A DNA stretch of 64,000 bases from positions 51,274,001 through 51,338,000 of the forward strand of contig OZ024744.1 of assembly GCA_964016885.1 (NCBI GenBank). The letters run 5' to 3'. The DNA is from Eledone cirrhosa. Taxonomy: Eukaryota. Position numbers and translations under genes: made by a program. The notes under the pieces are model-generated. The model ran no database searches. It worked only from the letters and a program-made list of their open reading frames with translations, and had not been told where the DNA came from. Position 1 is the stretch's first letter; each line of letters starts with the position of its first letter. This document shows, one piece after another, positions 1 to 13,799 of the stretch.

Positions 1-97
1 TATTTTACATTACTCCGGAGTAAACAAACCAGCTTGCGTACTTCGTCGAGTGCTCCAATCTGCATACTGAGGTGTCGGTAAACAACCAACATATACT

Positions 98-148
<51 letters not shown>

Positions 149-455
149 ATATATAATTGTTTATTTAATTTATTCATTCATCGAGCCAAACCCTTGAAGG
201 TAGCCCACTCTAGTATATGTATCTGTGATTATGTTTAAATATATATATGTTATTTATGACTTTGTTGTATACTCCCTTACAGTTGAGTAAACTTTAGGTG
301 GTAACTAACTGCTTCTTCTAGCAATGTCCTTACTTGCCACCGGTCTACCCTTCACAACAATTCTGTCTTGACCGCTAGCCACGTGATGATTTTTCACCCC
401 ATTTGAATTCGTTACTAACACCGATTACTTTGGAAATTTCGGTCCTAACCGAGGG

Positions 456-543
456 AGTCTCTTGATAAGCTCGAAGCCTCGTGGATAATGTAACGATTAG
501 ACATTTCTACAAAGTACGAGCGAAACTGTCGACAGTCGGGACT
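456..543 (+). ncRNA. Type-I hammerhead ribozyme, U3-A8 core variant
   Basis: Stem I AGTCTC(456-461)/GGGACT(538-543); core TTGATAA(462-468); stem II GCTCG/CGAGC; GAAA(522-525); self-complementary stem III CTGTCGACAG; TC cleavage site at 536-537. Lies in a ~690-bp element between two (TA)n tracts. Confidence 0.75.
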
Positions 544-552
544 AGAGGAATT

Positions 553-828
553 TTTGGTAACATTTATCTATTATTTCTTCAAACTTACATTTTAAACAAA
601 GCTCCGTTTAAATGATTATTTGTCTAGTTAATTTCTACCGACTAAGAGGACAAATTAGGTAAATGTGGCCTGATTGTTCTTCATAAAGGAATATCGGTAA
701 GATTTATCTGCTATTTCTTCAAAGTTACGTTTTATACTGAGCTCCATTTAAATCATTATTTATCTGGTTAATTTCTACGGTCTAAGAAAACTTTTTAGAT
801 AAATTTCCTCTGATTGTTCTTCAAACTT
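553..828. repeat. Imperfect ~140-bp tandem duplication inside the HHR-bearing element
   Basis: GGTAACATTTATCTATTATTTCTTCAAACTTAC...CTGATTGTTCTTCA (~557-684) recurs as GGTAAGATTTATCTGCTATTTCTTCAAAGTTAC...CTGATTGTTCTTCA (~696-823). Confidence 0.7.
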
Positions 829-838
829 ATAATTTATA

Positions 839-887
<49 letters not shown>

Positions 888-892
888 GTATA

Positions 893-933
<41 letters not shown>

Positions 934-1213
934 TTACGGTAGACATGCCGACTAAACGGGTTTGGGCTTATGGTTTATATATATATATATATAAATGTAA
1001 TCTGAGATGTTCAAATATCAATAACAACATTCAATTCGTTGCAATTATGCAAACAAGCCTAATTTTTAAAGCCATGTCAGTAGAATGAACCCTTCATTCT
1101 TGGTCTTGTGTTGGCATGTAAACAGAACTGCATACAGTAATGTTTCTGGGTATCACCCTTCATCATATATATATATATATATACACACATATATTTATAT
1201 ATATATACTTATT

Positions 1214-1294
<81 letters not shown>

Positions 1295-1304
1295 TTATAT
1301 ATAT

Positions 1305-4300
1305 ATATATATATATAAAACAGATGTCTGTTTGTGTAACCGCATGCATTTCTACATTTTACAACCGATTTGCACCACATTTCATACATAGGTTTCTGAA
1401 GTCCTATTACGCGTTGTAGGCTATTTTATTTTTCCGTACATCGATTGTGGGGGCCTTCAGGAGCAGGTAGCCCCCTTAAGGTCTCCCTTCGACTTATCTA
1501 TTGAAGTTCACATTAACACTGTATTAGTACCTGATAACTTTTGAAGTTTACGTTCGATCTTCGTTTTCACTTTCAAAACAACAATCGTCGTCGGATGAAA
1601 TTTCAGAAATGTAAACATCTGATTCATTTGAAGATAAATCACTAATATTATCTTTTGTTTCTTGTTCATTTTGAATGTCGTCGTGTGTAAAAACTTCAAA
1701 GTCGGTATCACTACTTTCATAAGCCATGTTGATACAAACAAAAAATCTGTTCTACTTTCAACGTTAAAAAAACACGTGTTGTTTTAAGTTGTTTCACTAT
1801 ATTAAGTGTTAATTTTCGCGGTAAGGGCCTAATCTCGAAGTAATCTCGAATTGACGAGATTTTGATGACGGTATTGTTTATTTTTAGAACGATATTTAAG
1901 TGTGGGTGTTACGGCGGTTTTGGGTGGTTTGCACAAATGAAGGGGAAATAATTTCGGTCGGTTTGAACACTAAAGGGTTAAAGGAGGTTTAGTTAATGTG
2001 TTTATGGTCATAAGATTCCAGTTTATCATGCTGTGATTTTTCGGCCATTTTTGCCTGTATCCTTTCAATGGTTAGTACTTACTTTGCGTTGCCCCTAACT
2101 TAAAACCTGAAATTTGACTGGTACACAAATCTTGCAAAACATACCCACTTTCTCAGACCACATAGATTTAACACATTTTTTTACAATTTATATCCGTGTT
2201 TAGATTTGCTTACTTAAACGTTATTTGTCCACTATCGTTCTCCCTGGTTAATTTTCTAAAAACAATGCCCCCCACGAAAAGAACTTTCATTGATCGATTA
2301 TCTAATGATGCAAGTAGGTCTAAGCGAAGGCGCCTCACCGAAGATGTAAATGCAACTGCGATCAGGCTCTCACAGAATGCTGTGCAGACGGTAGCTGCAA
2401 GAGCGGAGGAGGATGACAGTCGACGTGAACTTCAACGGAACAAAAGTGCTGCTGCGACTGCTGTTGCTCGCACACGAGAGGATGAAGGACGACGTGCCGT
2501 TCGACGTAGCAGGGACGCCGCTGCCACTGCTGCTGCACGAAATACTGAAACCATAGAGCAACGACTTCTGCAAAGTGAACAGCCGCGATCATCGTTACAT
2601 GGCATTTCTAGGACTTGCAATTCACGATGGTTGTTGAAGGCCTTTAACTACGACCCCTCCTCCGACTACGCCGTCCATGCAGATATTGAAATTGGGGAAA
2701 TGACCTCTACTTGCCAGTTTTGTCGTACGAAAAAGTGGCCAGGGGAGACAGATGGAATGTGCTGTTCAAACGGTAAAGTTAGACTACCTCCTATTCACGA
2801 CCCTCCAGAGACATTGCAACTCCTTTTGACAGACACGACGGGGGAATCATCGAAGTTTCTGCGTAATATCCGCTGCTATAATTCCCCGGAGCAAAGCTTG
2901 CCTCGGAACGTGGGTTCATGCCAACTTTCAAGGTCCAGAGGCAGATCTACCACTTGATTGGTTCTATTCAGCCTCTAGCAGAAAAGGATCCTCAATTTCA
3001 TCAGTTATACTTCGTTGGAAACTATCAGGAGCAGGCAGAGATGCGAAACTCTTTTTCGTCCGAAACTAACATTGGAACCATAATAAAACTTCAAGAAATG
3101 CTTCACGACATAAACAGCTATGTTCGCAGTTTCAAGTACGCTTTGGAAACAGCCACCGACCAAAACTTTAGTGTGGTCATACAAGCTGACCGAAGGCCAT
3201 CTGGAGAACATCCTGGTCGGTTCAGTGCACCAACATGTAATGAGATTGCTACGGTTATTTGTGGTGAACAGCACAACAAGAGAGATATCATTCTAAAGCA
3301 CCGAGACAGCACATTACAGCGTATCAATGAGACACGCAGGTCCTACGATGCACTCCAGTATCCATTGCTATTTGTCAACGGCGAGGACGGATACCATTTC
3401 GGCATTCCTCAACATTCAGTAGGCAATGGTGAAGCACATCTTAGGAAAACTGTCACCTGCATGGATTTCTACGCTTTCGGATTTATGAGAAGGGACAATT
3501 CATTCAACCATCTACACCGTTCTCGGGACCTTTTCCAACAATTTGCTGTTGATATGGCCGTTAAAATGGAGTCCGAGAGATTATGGTTCATTAAATTAAA
3601 TCAAAAGAAACTTCGATCTGAATGCTACATTCATTTAAGCGATGGAATTAACAACGACGTATCCCCAGACAATTTAGGGCAAGTGTTATTTTGCCTTTAA
3701 CGTTCACATGGGGACCCCGATACATGCACGAGAAGACTCAGGACGCCATGACCTACGTACTACATTATGGGCGCCCCGACCTTTTCATAACGTTTACATG
3801 CAATCCCAAATGGAAGGAGATTACAAACGAACTGTTCCACGGTCAAGCACCAAGACACAGGCACGATCTCATAGCAAGAGTGTTTCGCCTGAAATTATCC
3901 AAATTAATGGATTTATTAAAGAAAGGACAGGTTTTTGGGCCTGTCAAGTGCGACATGTACACGGTTGAATGGCAGAAACGAGGGCTGCCGCATGCCCATA
4001 TCTTGATTTGGTTGGTTACAAAAATCAGTTCAAACTACATCGACAAATTCATTTCTGCCGAACTACCTGATCTGTCGATTGACAAGGACCTCTTCTCTAT
4101 AGTAACATCAAACATGATCCATGGCCCTTGCGGACATGGACTCAATATGAAATCCCCGTGCATACACGACGTAAAGTGTACAAAACGATATCCCAGGACG
4201 TTTTTACAGGAAACACAGACTGGCGGTGACGGATATCCGTTGTATAGGCGCAGGAGACCTGAAGACCTGAAGACGGTGAGTTCACACCAAAAGTTGGTGA

Positions 4301-7300
4301 ACGCGAAATCGACAACAGCTGGATAGTGCCATATTGGCCCCTTCTTTTGAAAGCGTTCAACGCCCATATAAACGTCAAATTTTGCAACTCAGTAAAATCA
4401 ATTAAATACGTTTGTAAGTACGTAAACAAGGGATCGGATGCTGCCGTCTTTGGTCTTCGTCATGAAAACAGTAGATATGAGGTATCTGACTACCAAGCAG
4501 GCCGATACATTAGCAGCAATGAAGCTTTTTGGCGCGTTTCTAGCTTCCCACTGTACCAACGACACGCCGTCATTAAACAACTTGCCGTTCACCTTGAAAA
4601 CGGTCAACAGGTGTATTTCAATGATGCACCAGCTGCTCAGCTAGCGATCTCACCAAAGGAAACTACACTCACCCCTTTTTTCAAACTTTGTCAACACGAC
4701 GACTTCGCTCGAACTCTGCTGTATTCTGAAATACCGTCTTACTATACATGGAACCGGACAAAATGGCTACGAAGGAAGGTAGGACAAGAGGTGGTTGGAT
4801 ATCCAGGCATCAAATTCGACAATTGCCTTGGGCGAGTTTATACGGTCCACCCTACCCAACACAAATGCTTCTACCTGCGACTTCTGCTTCATGAGGTAAG
4901 AGGGCCGACTAGCTTAACTCATCTGAGAACCGTCGATGGATACGCCTGCGGAACGTACAGGGAATCCTGCTTGAGGCGTGGACTTTTAGAAGATGACGCA
5001 CAATGGGATGCAACCTTGACGGAAGGTGCCATCTCACAATCATCTCGTAGTCTAAGAGCACTTTTTGCTATCCTCTTGCACGTCTGTGAATTGAGCGATC
5101 CTTACTCTTTATGGCAAAAGTTTAAAGATGATTTCGCAGACGAATATAGGTGTCTCGCTCAATTGCAATATCAAAACTTAGATGTCGGCTTTTCAGACGC
5201 TATATATAACAGAGCTCTGATCGATATTGAAGACAGAGTGGCTTCAATGGGTGGAGATGTCTTGGAGAAATATGGGCTTCCGCAAACACTTCGAGATGCG
5301 CCATCTGACATTCCCAACGACATTATACGTGAAACGTCATATGGTGTCGACGAACTCAAAAGGTATGTTGAAGAGAATGAACCAAAACTTCTAATGGATC
5401 AAAAACAAGCCTACAACATTGTCGTTGATTCCATCCGTAATCGGGGAGGGGGTATATTCTTTCTGGACGCCCCTGGAGGCACGGGCAAAGCATTTGTAAT
5501 CAAACTTTTACTCGCTGCAGTGAAGCAACACGGAAACATCGCATTGGCCGTGGCTTCTTCCGGAATTGCAGCAACTTTTCTGCCTGGTAGCAGGACGGCC
5601 CATTCTGCCTCCAGTCTTCCTCTCAACGTGGCATCATCTGAGACACCCACGTGCAAAATCAGCAAGTCTTCCGGAAAAGCGCTGGTGTTAAAGCGCTGCC
5701 TACTAATTGTTTGGGACGAATGCACAATGGCCCACAGGGCGGCTTTCGAGGCATTAGACCAGTCACTCAGAGACATGAGGGACTGTCAAGAACCAATGGG
5801 AGGTGTCACTTTCCTGTTATCTGGGGACTTCCGGCAGACTCTGCCTGTAATCCCAAAAGGTACGCGGGCTGATGAGGTTGGTGTATGCCTTAAGGCCTCC
5901 CCACTTTGGCGTTATGTAAGAAAGCTGACGCTTACAACAAAACATGAGAGCACAACTGCAAGGTGATGAGACATCAGCGGGCTTTGCTGCTGCCATTTAG
6001 TTGTTGGGAGATGGCAAATTCCCACTCGAGGGAGATGGTACAGCGGACCTCACAGGGATTTGCACATGCGTTAAGTCAATTGCTGAGTTACGGACGTCTG
6101 TTTTTCCTAATCTTGAGGAGAACTACACAAATCAAGAGTCGTTGTGTGAACGCGCAATATTGGCTTCGAAAAACCACATAGTTGGAAACATCAATGAACA
6201 GCTCATGCTGTGTTTGCCTGAAAACCTGCACGTCTACAAGTCCCTTGACTCTATGGCTGATCCGGTCGAAGTTGTTAATTACCCCACAGAATTTCTTAAC
6301 TCCCTAGACCCTCCCTAATTGCCACCACACTTACTGCGACTTAAGAAAGGTGCCCCTGTCATGCTCCTCAGAAATTTGGAACCCCGAAGGCTTTCCAACG
6401 GCACGCGTCTGGTCATCCAAAAGGCGATGCCTCATGTTATTGAGGCAACAATACTTACAGGATGTGGTAAGGGTGATACTGTCTTCATACCAAGGATACC
6501 TCTCATTCCATCTGGTAAAGACATTTCTTTCACATTCAAAAGGCTGCAATTCCCTCTCCGGCTCAATTTCGCCATTTCGATTAACAAATCACAGGGTCAG
6601 ACGCTGATGGTCGTAGGGATTAATTTAGAAGAACCGTGCTTCTCCCATGGTCAACTATATGTTGGCTGCTCTCGAGTGGGGAGCCGACATAACCTATTTG
6701 CTTTTGCAGCTCGCGAGAAAACCCAAAATATAGTCTATAAGGAAGTTTTGTAGGCACCCCATCCGCCAACAGATAATCGCTGTTATTTTTTTTTGCTTAA
6801 ATGCTTACATTTGCTGTATCCGTGTGCTATTTTGGTCCTTTTGAAAATACCACGTACGCCTCTGATGTTGCTTTTGCTATGCGTTATAAATGTTCAATGT
6901 CTCCGTTTTCCGCATTTATGTTGTTATTACGCTCTGCTATCGATGTTCCGTAGTTTTAACCTAATTAATCTACTTTTCCCTACATCTTATTTACACATTT
7001 TTTTGACATTCCAGTGTGATCTTGCCAAGGCCGTTTGTGTGGCCACCGACTGTTACATGCTTTTCTAGGTTACAATCTCAAATAACAAGCAAAGCAAATT
7101 CGACACACCAAAGTTCTTAAGGGCCACCACCTCTAATCAGAGTCGTCTTTGCTGACAGCTCTGCCGCTGAGACTTTTAAGAGTGAACGATCCAAGGCCCT
7201 CTTCAGGGCCACCAAGTTTAAATTGTTACCATCGGATTCGTCTTTGCTGGCAGCACCGCCGCAGAGATTTTTCAAAGGGAACGTTCAAAGGCCATCTTTA

Positions 7301-7416
7301 GGGCCAATACCTATAAATTGTTACTTCTATAGTCGTGTTTAAGGGAAGTCTTTCGGTTCATTTGAACGACTACTCCATTGAGAGTTATACCGAGCAACGT
7401 CGGGTACCTCTGCTAG
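1305..7416 (+). mobile_element. Helitron, full-length degenerate autonomous copy
   Basis: Carries RepHel coding remnants. 3' end is the hairpin ACCGAGCAACGTCGGGT (7389-7405) followed by CTAG|T (7413-7416). The 5' region TATATAAAACAGATGTCTGTTTGTG is Helitron-like, but the exact TC start is lost in (TA)n. Confidence 0.9.
2265..6753 (+). pseudogene. Helitron RepHel (HUH/Y2 Rep + Pif1-family helicase), broken by about 4 frameshifts and 2 stops
   Basis: 23-aa STPR-like repeats; CQFC...MCCSNGK Zn motif; PDLFITFTCNPKW; VEWQKRGLPHAHILIW (HUH); SIKYVCKYVNKG (Y2); FLDAPGGTGK, LIVWDEC, GDFRQTLPV, INKSQGQTL, FSHGQLYVGCSRV (Pif1). Spread over ORF pieces 2196-2957, 2918-3700, 3691-4326, 4326-5966, 6001-6318 and 6319-6753. 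Confidence 0.95.
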
Positions 7417-7470
7417 TATATATATATATACTTATTTATATATATTTATATATACTTATTTATGTATATA

Positions 7471-7527
<57 letters not shown>

Positions 7528-7629
7528 TTATTTATATATATATATCTACACACATTTCAAACTTTATTAAGTGTATCGAAAACAACATTATTCTCTTTTC
7601 TTTCCAGTTAGTTTTGAAATTAATTTCAA

Positions 7630-8824
7630 CTAGCTGACGTACCCAGCTTCGCCCGGGTAAACAGACGGTAAGAGAAGACAGGTAAAAGAGAAAATGACTA
7701 TATTGGATGTTTGTCTGGTTACAGTATGAGGCGAGTCCGTGGTGTATGTGTGATACAAAAAACAGTATCTTCCAGATATACCAGATATACCAGATTCTTC
7801 GTTGTACCGTTTGTGCATAGTATATGAACAATTCTAGGTGCTCCCACCTAGAGTAGTGACCTCTAGGAGATGGTTCATCTTCTGCCTGACTGTAAAACGT
7901 GTATCATTGCATAGACGTGATTGTTCCACGTTTCTCTTAAGGATGATGGAAGTTCCACTATTTTATATTATATGTAGATATAGATATAGATAATTAATAT
8001 AAAAGATGATGCTTAGCCAGTTCGTCTTCAACCATCGCAGCACGCCGTCGCTGCTTGGCTACAGTGGTTTGTTGGCGTTGTTCAGCCAGCTCCTCTTCAT
8101 TCATAGCGGCACGTCTTCGCCTCTGAATTTCGGCGTTCCGATGGCGCTGTTCGGCCCGTTTTTCTTCATTCCTCGCTGCACGCCGTCGCTGCTGTAGTTC
8201 ACTGCTTGATAAATTCGAATTGCTTTTATTATCAGTATTCATTTCGAGCAATTGTCAAAAAATAACACAATAATAAATATAAAAGATGTCCGTCAATGTA
8301 AAAAAAGTTCCCTACTTACTCCCTTCACAACTCTGTGTAGGTTAGACTGACAGACAGGCACACAGACAGATAAACTGCGGCGCGATTGTGGAACGCCGTA
8401 CGTACACACACATACACGGATGGAAACGCATACACGTACGCAAACTTACACACACGTACACACTCACACATGTTGATAGGTTTTACTTTCTGTGGAGCGC
8501 TGCACGCACACACACACATAAACATAAGCGCACATACATACACACGCACACATGTTAACAGTTATTGATTTCCTTCCCCTCTTATTTCCACACACATCAC
8601 ACACACATGTCTCTACACTGACACATATACATAATGTATCCAACACAGCGTTCACTTTGCCTCTCTGTTTCTTACTCTCCCCTCTCACTCCCTCATTGGC
8701 ATTATGCATATTAATTTAAGTTTGGCGTCGTTGAGGTGGGCGGAGTCGTTTGAAACCTATGAACCAATGATAATCGAGAATTATGACACACGGAATACTG
8801 ACATTGTTGAAATTAATATATAGA
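7630..8824 (-). mobile_element. Non-autonomous Helitron (internal deletion derivative)
   Basis: Minus strand begins A|TCTATATATTAATTTC (8824) and ends ACCCGGGCGAAGCTGGGT-ACGTCAG-CTAG|T (7630), i.e. TC...hairpin-CTAG inserted in an AT site. Retains ORF 7994-8251 with 23-aa R/E-rich repeats like RepHel N-termini. Confidence 0.85.
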
Positions 8825-9303
8825 TAAAAACAGGATAGTTAGGTGTGATTTAAGAGAAATGTGACTCCTACTTTTACCAAGTATAACCAACAACTACATA
8901 GATGGTGCCCCGTTCATTCTTGTATTGTCCAAAAATGTTTCCATCATTGGTCTCAACACTGTGACACTTTCTGTGAATGATAGAGGACAGAAACCCGTGG
9001 TGATTGCTGACTGTCAGATTAATGAATGGTTGACCAGCTACGGGACGACGACGGTGGTTAAGATGATGGCGATGATGATCATGATAATCATGATAATCAT
9101 GATGGTGATGATGGTGATGAAGATGATTATGGCCAATAAAAGAAGGTGAAATTGACAGGGAACTTTTGGCTGTACTAGGTATGAGGAGTAGAAGGAAATA
9201 GGATGGGAGGTGATGTGAGGTCAGGACCGTGGGGTGCTCCGAGCCAATCCAGGTGCTAAGTTCTCACCTGAGTCGGAGAGGAGCGGATTGCAATTATTTG
9301 TTT

Positions 9304-9358
<55 letters not shown>

Positions 9359-9399
9359 TTCACAATATTAACAAAAATAGACATTCGTGTGATCAAGTA

Positions 9400-9466
9400 T
9401 ATTTTATTATACATATTTCAGAGGTACTGAGCTATCTTCAACAGTACGTCCTCATCAGATAAAATA
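9400..9466 (-). ncRNA. Minimal type-I hammerhead ribozyme (inverted pLTR)
   Basis: Minus strand: TATTTTAT-CTGATGA-GGACGTACTG...CAGTACCTCT-GAAA-TATGTA-TA-ATAAAATA. Confidence 0.8.
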
Positions 9467-9605
9467 AGATGATGCATGACATACCCTGACTTAGTAGATG
9501 GTTAAGATTCAGTCATGGTAGTGAAGAAGATATGACAAAACTCAATATTTATATACCTTAAGATTGAGACATGAAAAAATTACATATAATACAGAGGGTG
9601 CGTGT

Positions 9606-10353
9606 ATCTTTAAATAAATGGTTCCCCATTCAACATAAATACCGTTCCATATTTAACAGACACACAATTAAGCTTTCTTATTCTACAACTATGAATATGG
9701 CCCAGAACATCGCAATAATAAATAGTAGAATTCTAAATCATAATCAACAAACAATGAGCGATAATGAATATAATAACACTAGCAATATTAATACTAGGAA
9801 TAGCAAAAACATTAATCTAAGCACAATCAATAGAACACTTCAAAGTACTAGCAATGTTAATGTCAATTGTCCAATTTATAGTAATAACAATAAATCGAAA
9901 TGTAATTGTAGAAATAGATCAAATTGCCCTCTGCAAAATAATTGTCTGGATAGCAATCTGGTCTATAAATGCACCGTAAAAGCAAATAACATCACATACA
10001 ACTATATTGGTGCAACTTCATCGACATTTAAATTAAGATTTTCGAATCACAAATGTTCTTTTTCGAATCCTAATAGGAAATCTTCGACTTCTTTATCACA
10101 ACTTATATGGTCGTTAAAAGACAAAAATTTAAAATACTCGATTTCTTGGTCGAAGCTATGTAATAGTCGAATCTACTTGAATTCTTCAATATCACTTAAC
10201 TGCAATCTGTGTACTATGGCGACCCTATTAGTAATTACTAATTATGAAAATTTAATTAACAAAAAAAGTGAATTATTCTCAAATTGCCTTCATAAAGCTT
10301 CCTCTACATTCCAAGCCTCGCAAAAAGTCAGGAAAAAAACACTGAATAAATAA
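9606..10353 (+). pseudogene. PLE C-terminal linker + GIY-YIG endonuclease (RT missing); CxC-x5-C type, probably Hydra-like clade
   Basis: WFP..HKYRSIFNRHTIKLSYS; CNCRNRSNCPLQNNC; LVYKC...YIGATSSTFKLRFSNH; CNLC; LINKKSELFSNCLHK. The ORF-track ATG at 9571 lies in the inverted repeat and is not a real start. Clade assignment is from memory of motif patterns. Confidence 0.85.
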
Positions 10354-12301
10354 GTTCTAATTTTTGACGTTTCTTATGAACAAAATTCATTTACGATATG
10401 ATTAATGTTAGATTAAGGGTTCTATATAAATATATAAACATATAGATTGTTAACATGATTTCTTAGAGAATATGCATATCATTTGATTGTGTAGATACAT
10501 TTAATTTGATCCTGATTCTTGTATTTTTTAAAATATATAGCTTATATAGTTAACAGTTGCAAGGAACCGTAAACCATTCATGTATTTATGTATTTATTCA
10601 TTTGGAGTATGTTGGTTTTAAGATTCAGGATATTTGATTTATATATTTGTATATATTTATGGTATATGTGTCGCACACGATCCTGGTCGACAAACTTTTT
10701 CCACTTAACTTGATGTAAAACTTCAATTATAACATTACTAACAATGATTGTATTTATTGTTTATTATATGTATACGGATCACTAATATCGTCTTGAGTTC
10801 CGAACAGAATACTCTGTATATATTTAGACAAATGTCTATATCTAGTTTAATAACATGCTTCTAGCTACATTTATAAATGCCTAGTGTTATAATTGTTAAA
10901 TATTTTCTAAATTATATAACGATTATTATTTTTTTAATATAATTAAATTTGGATTACCTTCGGGTCGATGAAAATCTTATGTCTCTTTCTCATGTTTGCA
11001 GACACTTTAAATATGATATTATGCTAAAATATAGATCCTTAAACATTTTCTTGTATTTTAAAATTATATAGCTTAGATATTTGACACTTATAGGATCGCA
11101 AACCATTTATTTATTTATTTTGAATCTGGTTCTTATCCTTTATGATTCATGAAATTTGATTTGTATATTTATAGTATATATGTATTATATGATCCTAATA
11201 TAATAATTGATCTAAAACATTAATTTTAACAATATTAACAGTAACGTATTTATTATATTATATTATATATAACTGACTAATATCGTCTTAAACTTTAGAC
11301 AATATACTCTTTGTATAAATTTAGACAAATCCGTATATCTAGTTTAATAATACCCTTTTTAAGTATCATTATAAGGCCTTTGGATACTTTAGGGCATTCT
11401 AATTGTTAATTTTAAATTTTTAAAGTTATAACTGTAATTACTTTCTAAATTATATAATGATTATTATTTTAATATAACATTTTTTTAATATAATTTAATA
11501 TGGATTACCTTCGAGAGGATGACAATATTAAGTCTCTTCTTTCTCATGTCTGCAAATACTTTAAATATGATTTTATAAATTAAATATGATAGTATACTTT
11601 AATATAGATATTTATAAACTTTTATAGCCTGAAATATTATACCTTTAGATTAATTCATTATTCTGAACTAACATAAATGATTCGAAATTTAACGGTCAGC
11701 CAGATACGTTTGGATATATACAATGTATATAATTAATTGTTAGTATATAATTAATTGTTAACTAAGGACTCGAAATTAAACCCTCATATAATTACACACA
11801 GATATATTTAATATTTAGATTGATTGATTATTTCTAGATAATTCAAAGATTCGAATTTACTCTTTCACAAAGCTATGCCCAAATGTATATTTATGTATTT
11901 ATATAGATATATATTTGTTTGCATCATCTAATCACACCCTATTTATCCACGACAATACAAATCTCCCTCCCTATGCTTTATATTATAAAAAGTATTCCCC
12001 CTTGTCTCTATATCGTTGATCAATTCTCTTTTGCTTTCTATACTTCTAGTAACTATCTTTTTCCTCGTCTGTTTCCCTGTCTTTCTTCTTTCTTCAATAA
12101 TATAAATTATTTGAATCTCTAACAGTTATGTAAATTAGTATTACGTATTTTTAAGCTTTCTCACACGCACCCTCTGTATTATATGTAATTTTTTCATGTC
12201 TCAATCTTAAGGTATATAAATATTGAGTTTTGTCATATCTTATTCACTACCATGACTGAATCTTAACCATCTACTAAGTCAGGGTATGTCATGCATCATC
12301 T

Positions 12302-12365
12302 TATTTTATCCGATGAGGATGTACTGAAGATAGCTCAGTTCCTCTGAAATATGTATAATAAAATA
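12302..12365 (+). ncRNA. Minimal type-I hammerhead ribozyme (3' pLTR; U4>C)
   Basis: TATTTTAT-CCGATGA-GGATGTACTGA..TCAGTTCCTCT-GAAA-TATGTA-TA-ATAAAATA. Confidence 0.75.
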
Positions 12366-12504
12366 TATTTGATCACACGAATGTCTATTTTTGTTAATAT
12401 TGTGAATTAATATTAATAACTCCGGAAAACTATTTCTCGTTGGGTGCTTCCAATCTATTGTAAAACTAATTCTTTGATTTATTCATTGAACCTTGTTTAA
12501 CCTT

Positions 12505-12563
<59 letters not shown>

Positions 12564-12584
12564 GTGTGTATATATATATGTGTG

Positions 12585-12686
<102 letters not shown>

Positions 12687-12706
12687 TATATATACACACA
12701 CATATA

Positions 12707-13305
<599 letters not shown>

Positions 13306-13799
13306 TACACGGGTGTGTATGATTGTGTATAGAAGATTATATTAATAAAAGGAATTAAAACTTTGTCTGATTTACTCGTTTTATTTACAATCCTTGACAA
13401 TTTATAATGGTATTAGAATGAAATAGTATGGTAAAATATTAAATGTTAAGTGTTAATTGAACAAGTACTTTCATGCTTTCGCAATATTCAGGTTCATATT
13501 GTGTGGTGACAGTCAAGTTTGCAATTTTCAACTGTAATGAGATGGGTAAATTTTGTGCCTTATATACAGTGAAAAGTGGCTCCAGAATGCTAAATCTTGC
13601 AAACTGTATTTCGACCAATCGGTGTGTAGTTTCACTGGATTACTAAAGCTGATTGGTTTAGGCGACACGGTTGGTTGAGCATGTCTAACGACTACTAATT
13701 GACCCTATCCAAAGCATCAATTGTTTTGCTATTTTTAGAAATGATGAAAATAGCATTATCTAGTAATCATCACCATCAACATCACTTTCATTAAAGTCT

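Larger units (their letters stand above)
9352..12508 (+). mobile_element. 5'-truncated Penelope-like element with inverted pseudo-LTR, inserted in (TA)n
   Basis: ~250-bp inverted repeats at 9352-9605 and 12163-12413, each containing a hammerhead motif. GIY-YIG ORF lies between them, a ~95-bp tail follows the right repeat, and (TA)n flanks both sides. Confidence 0.9.

Noticed and set aside
9352-12413. DNA transposon with 250-bp TIRs
   Set aside because: No transposase; the repeats are asymmetric (tail on one side), contain HHRs and flank a truncated GIY-YIG ORF, which fits an inverted PLE pseudo-LTR.
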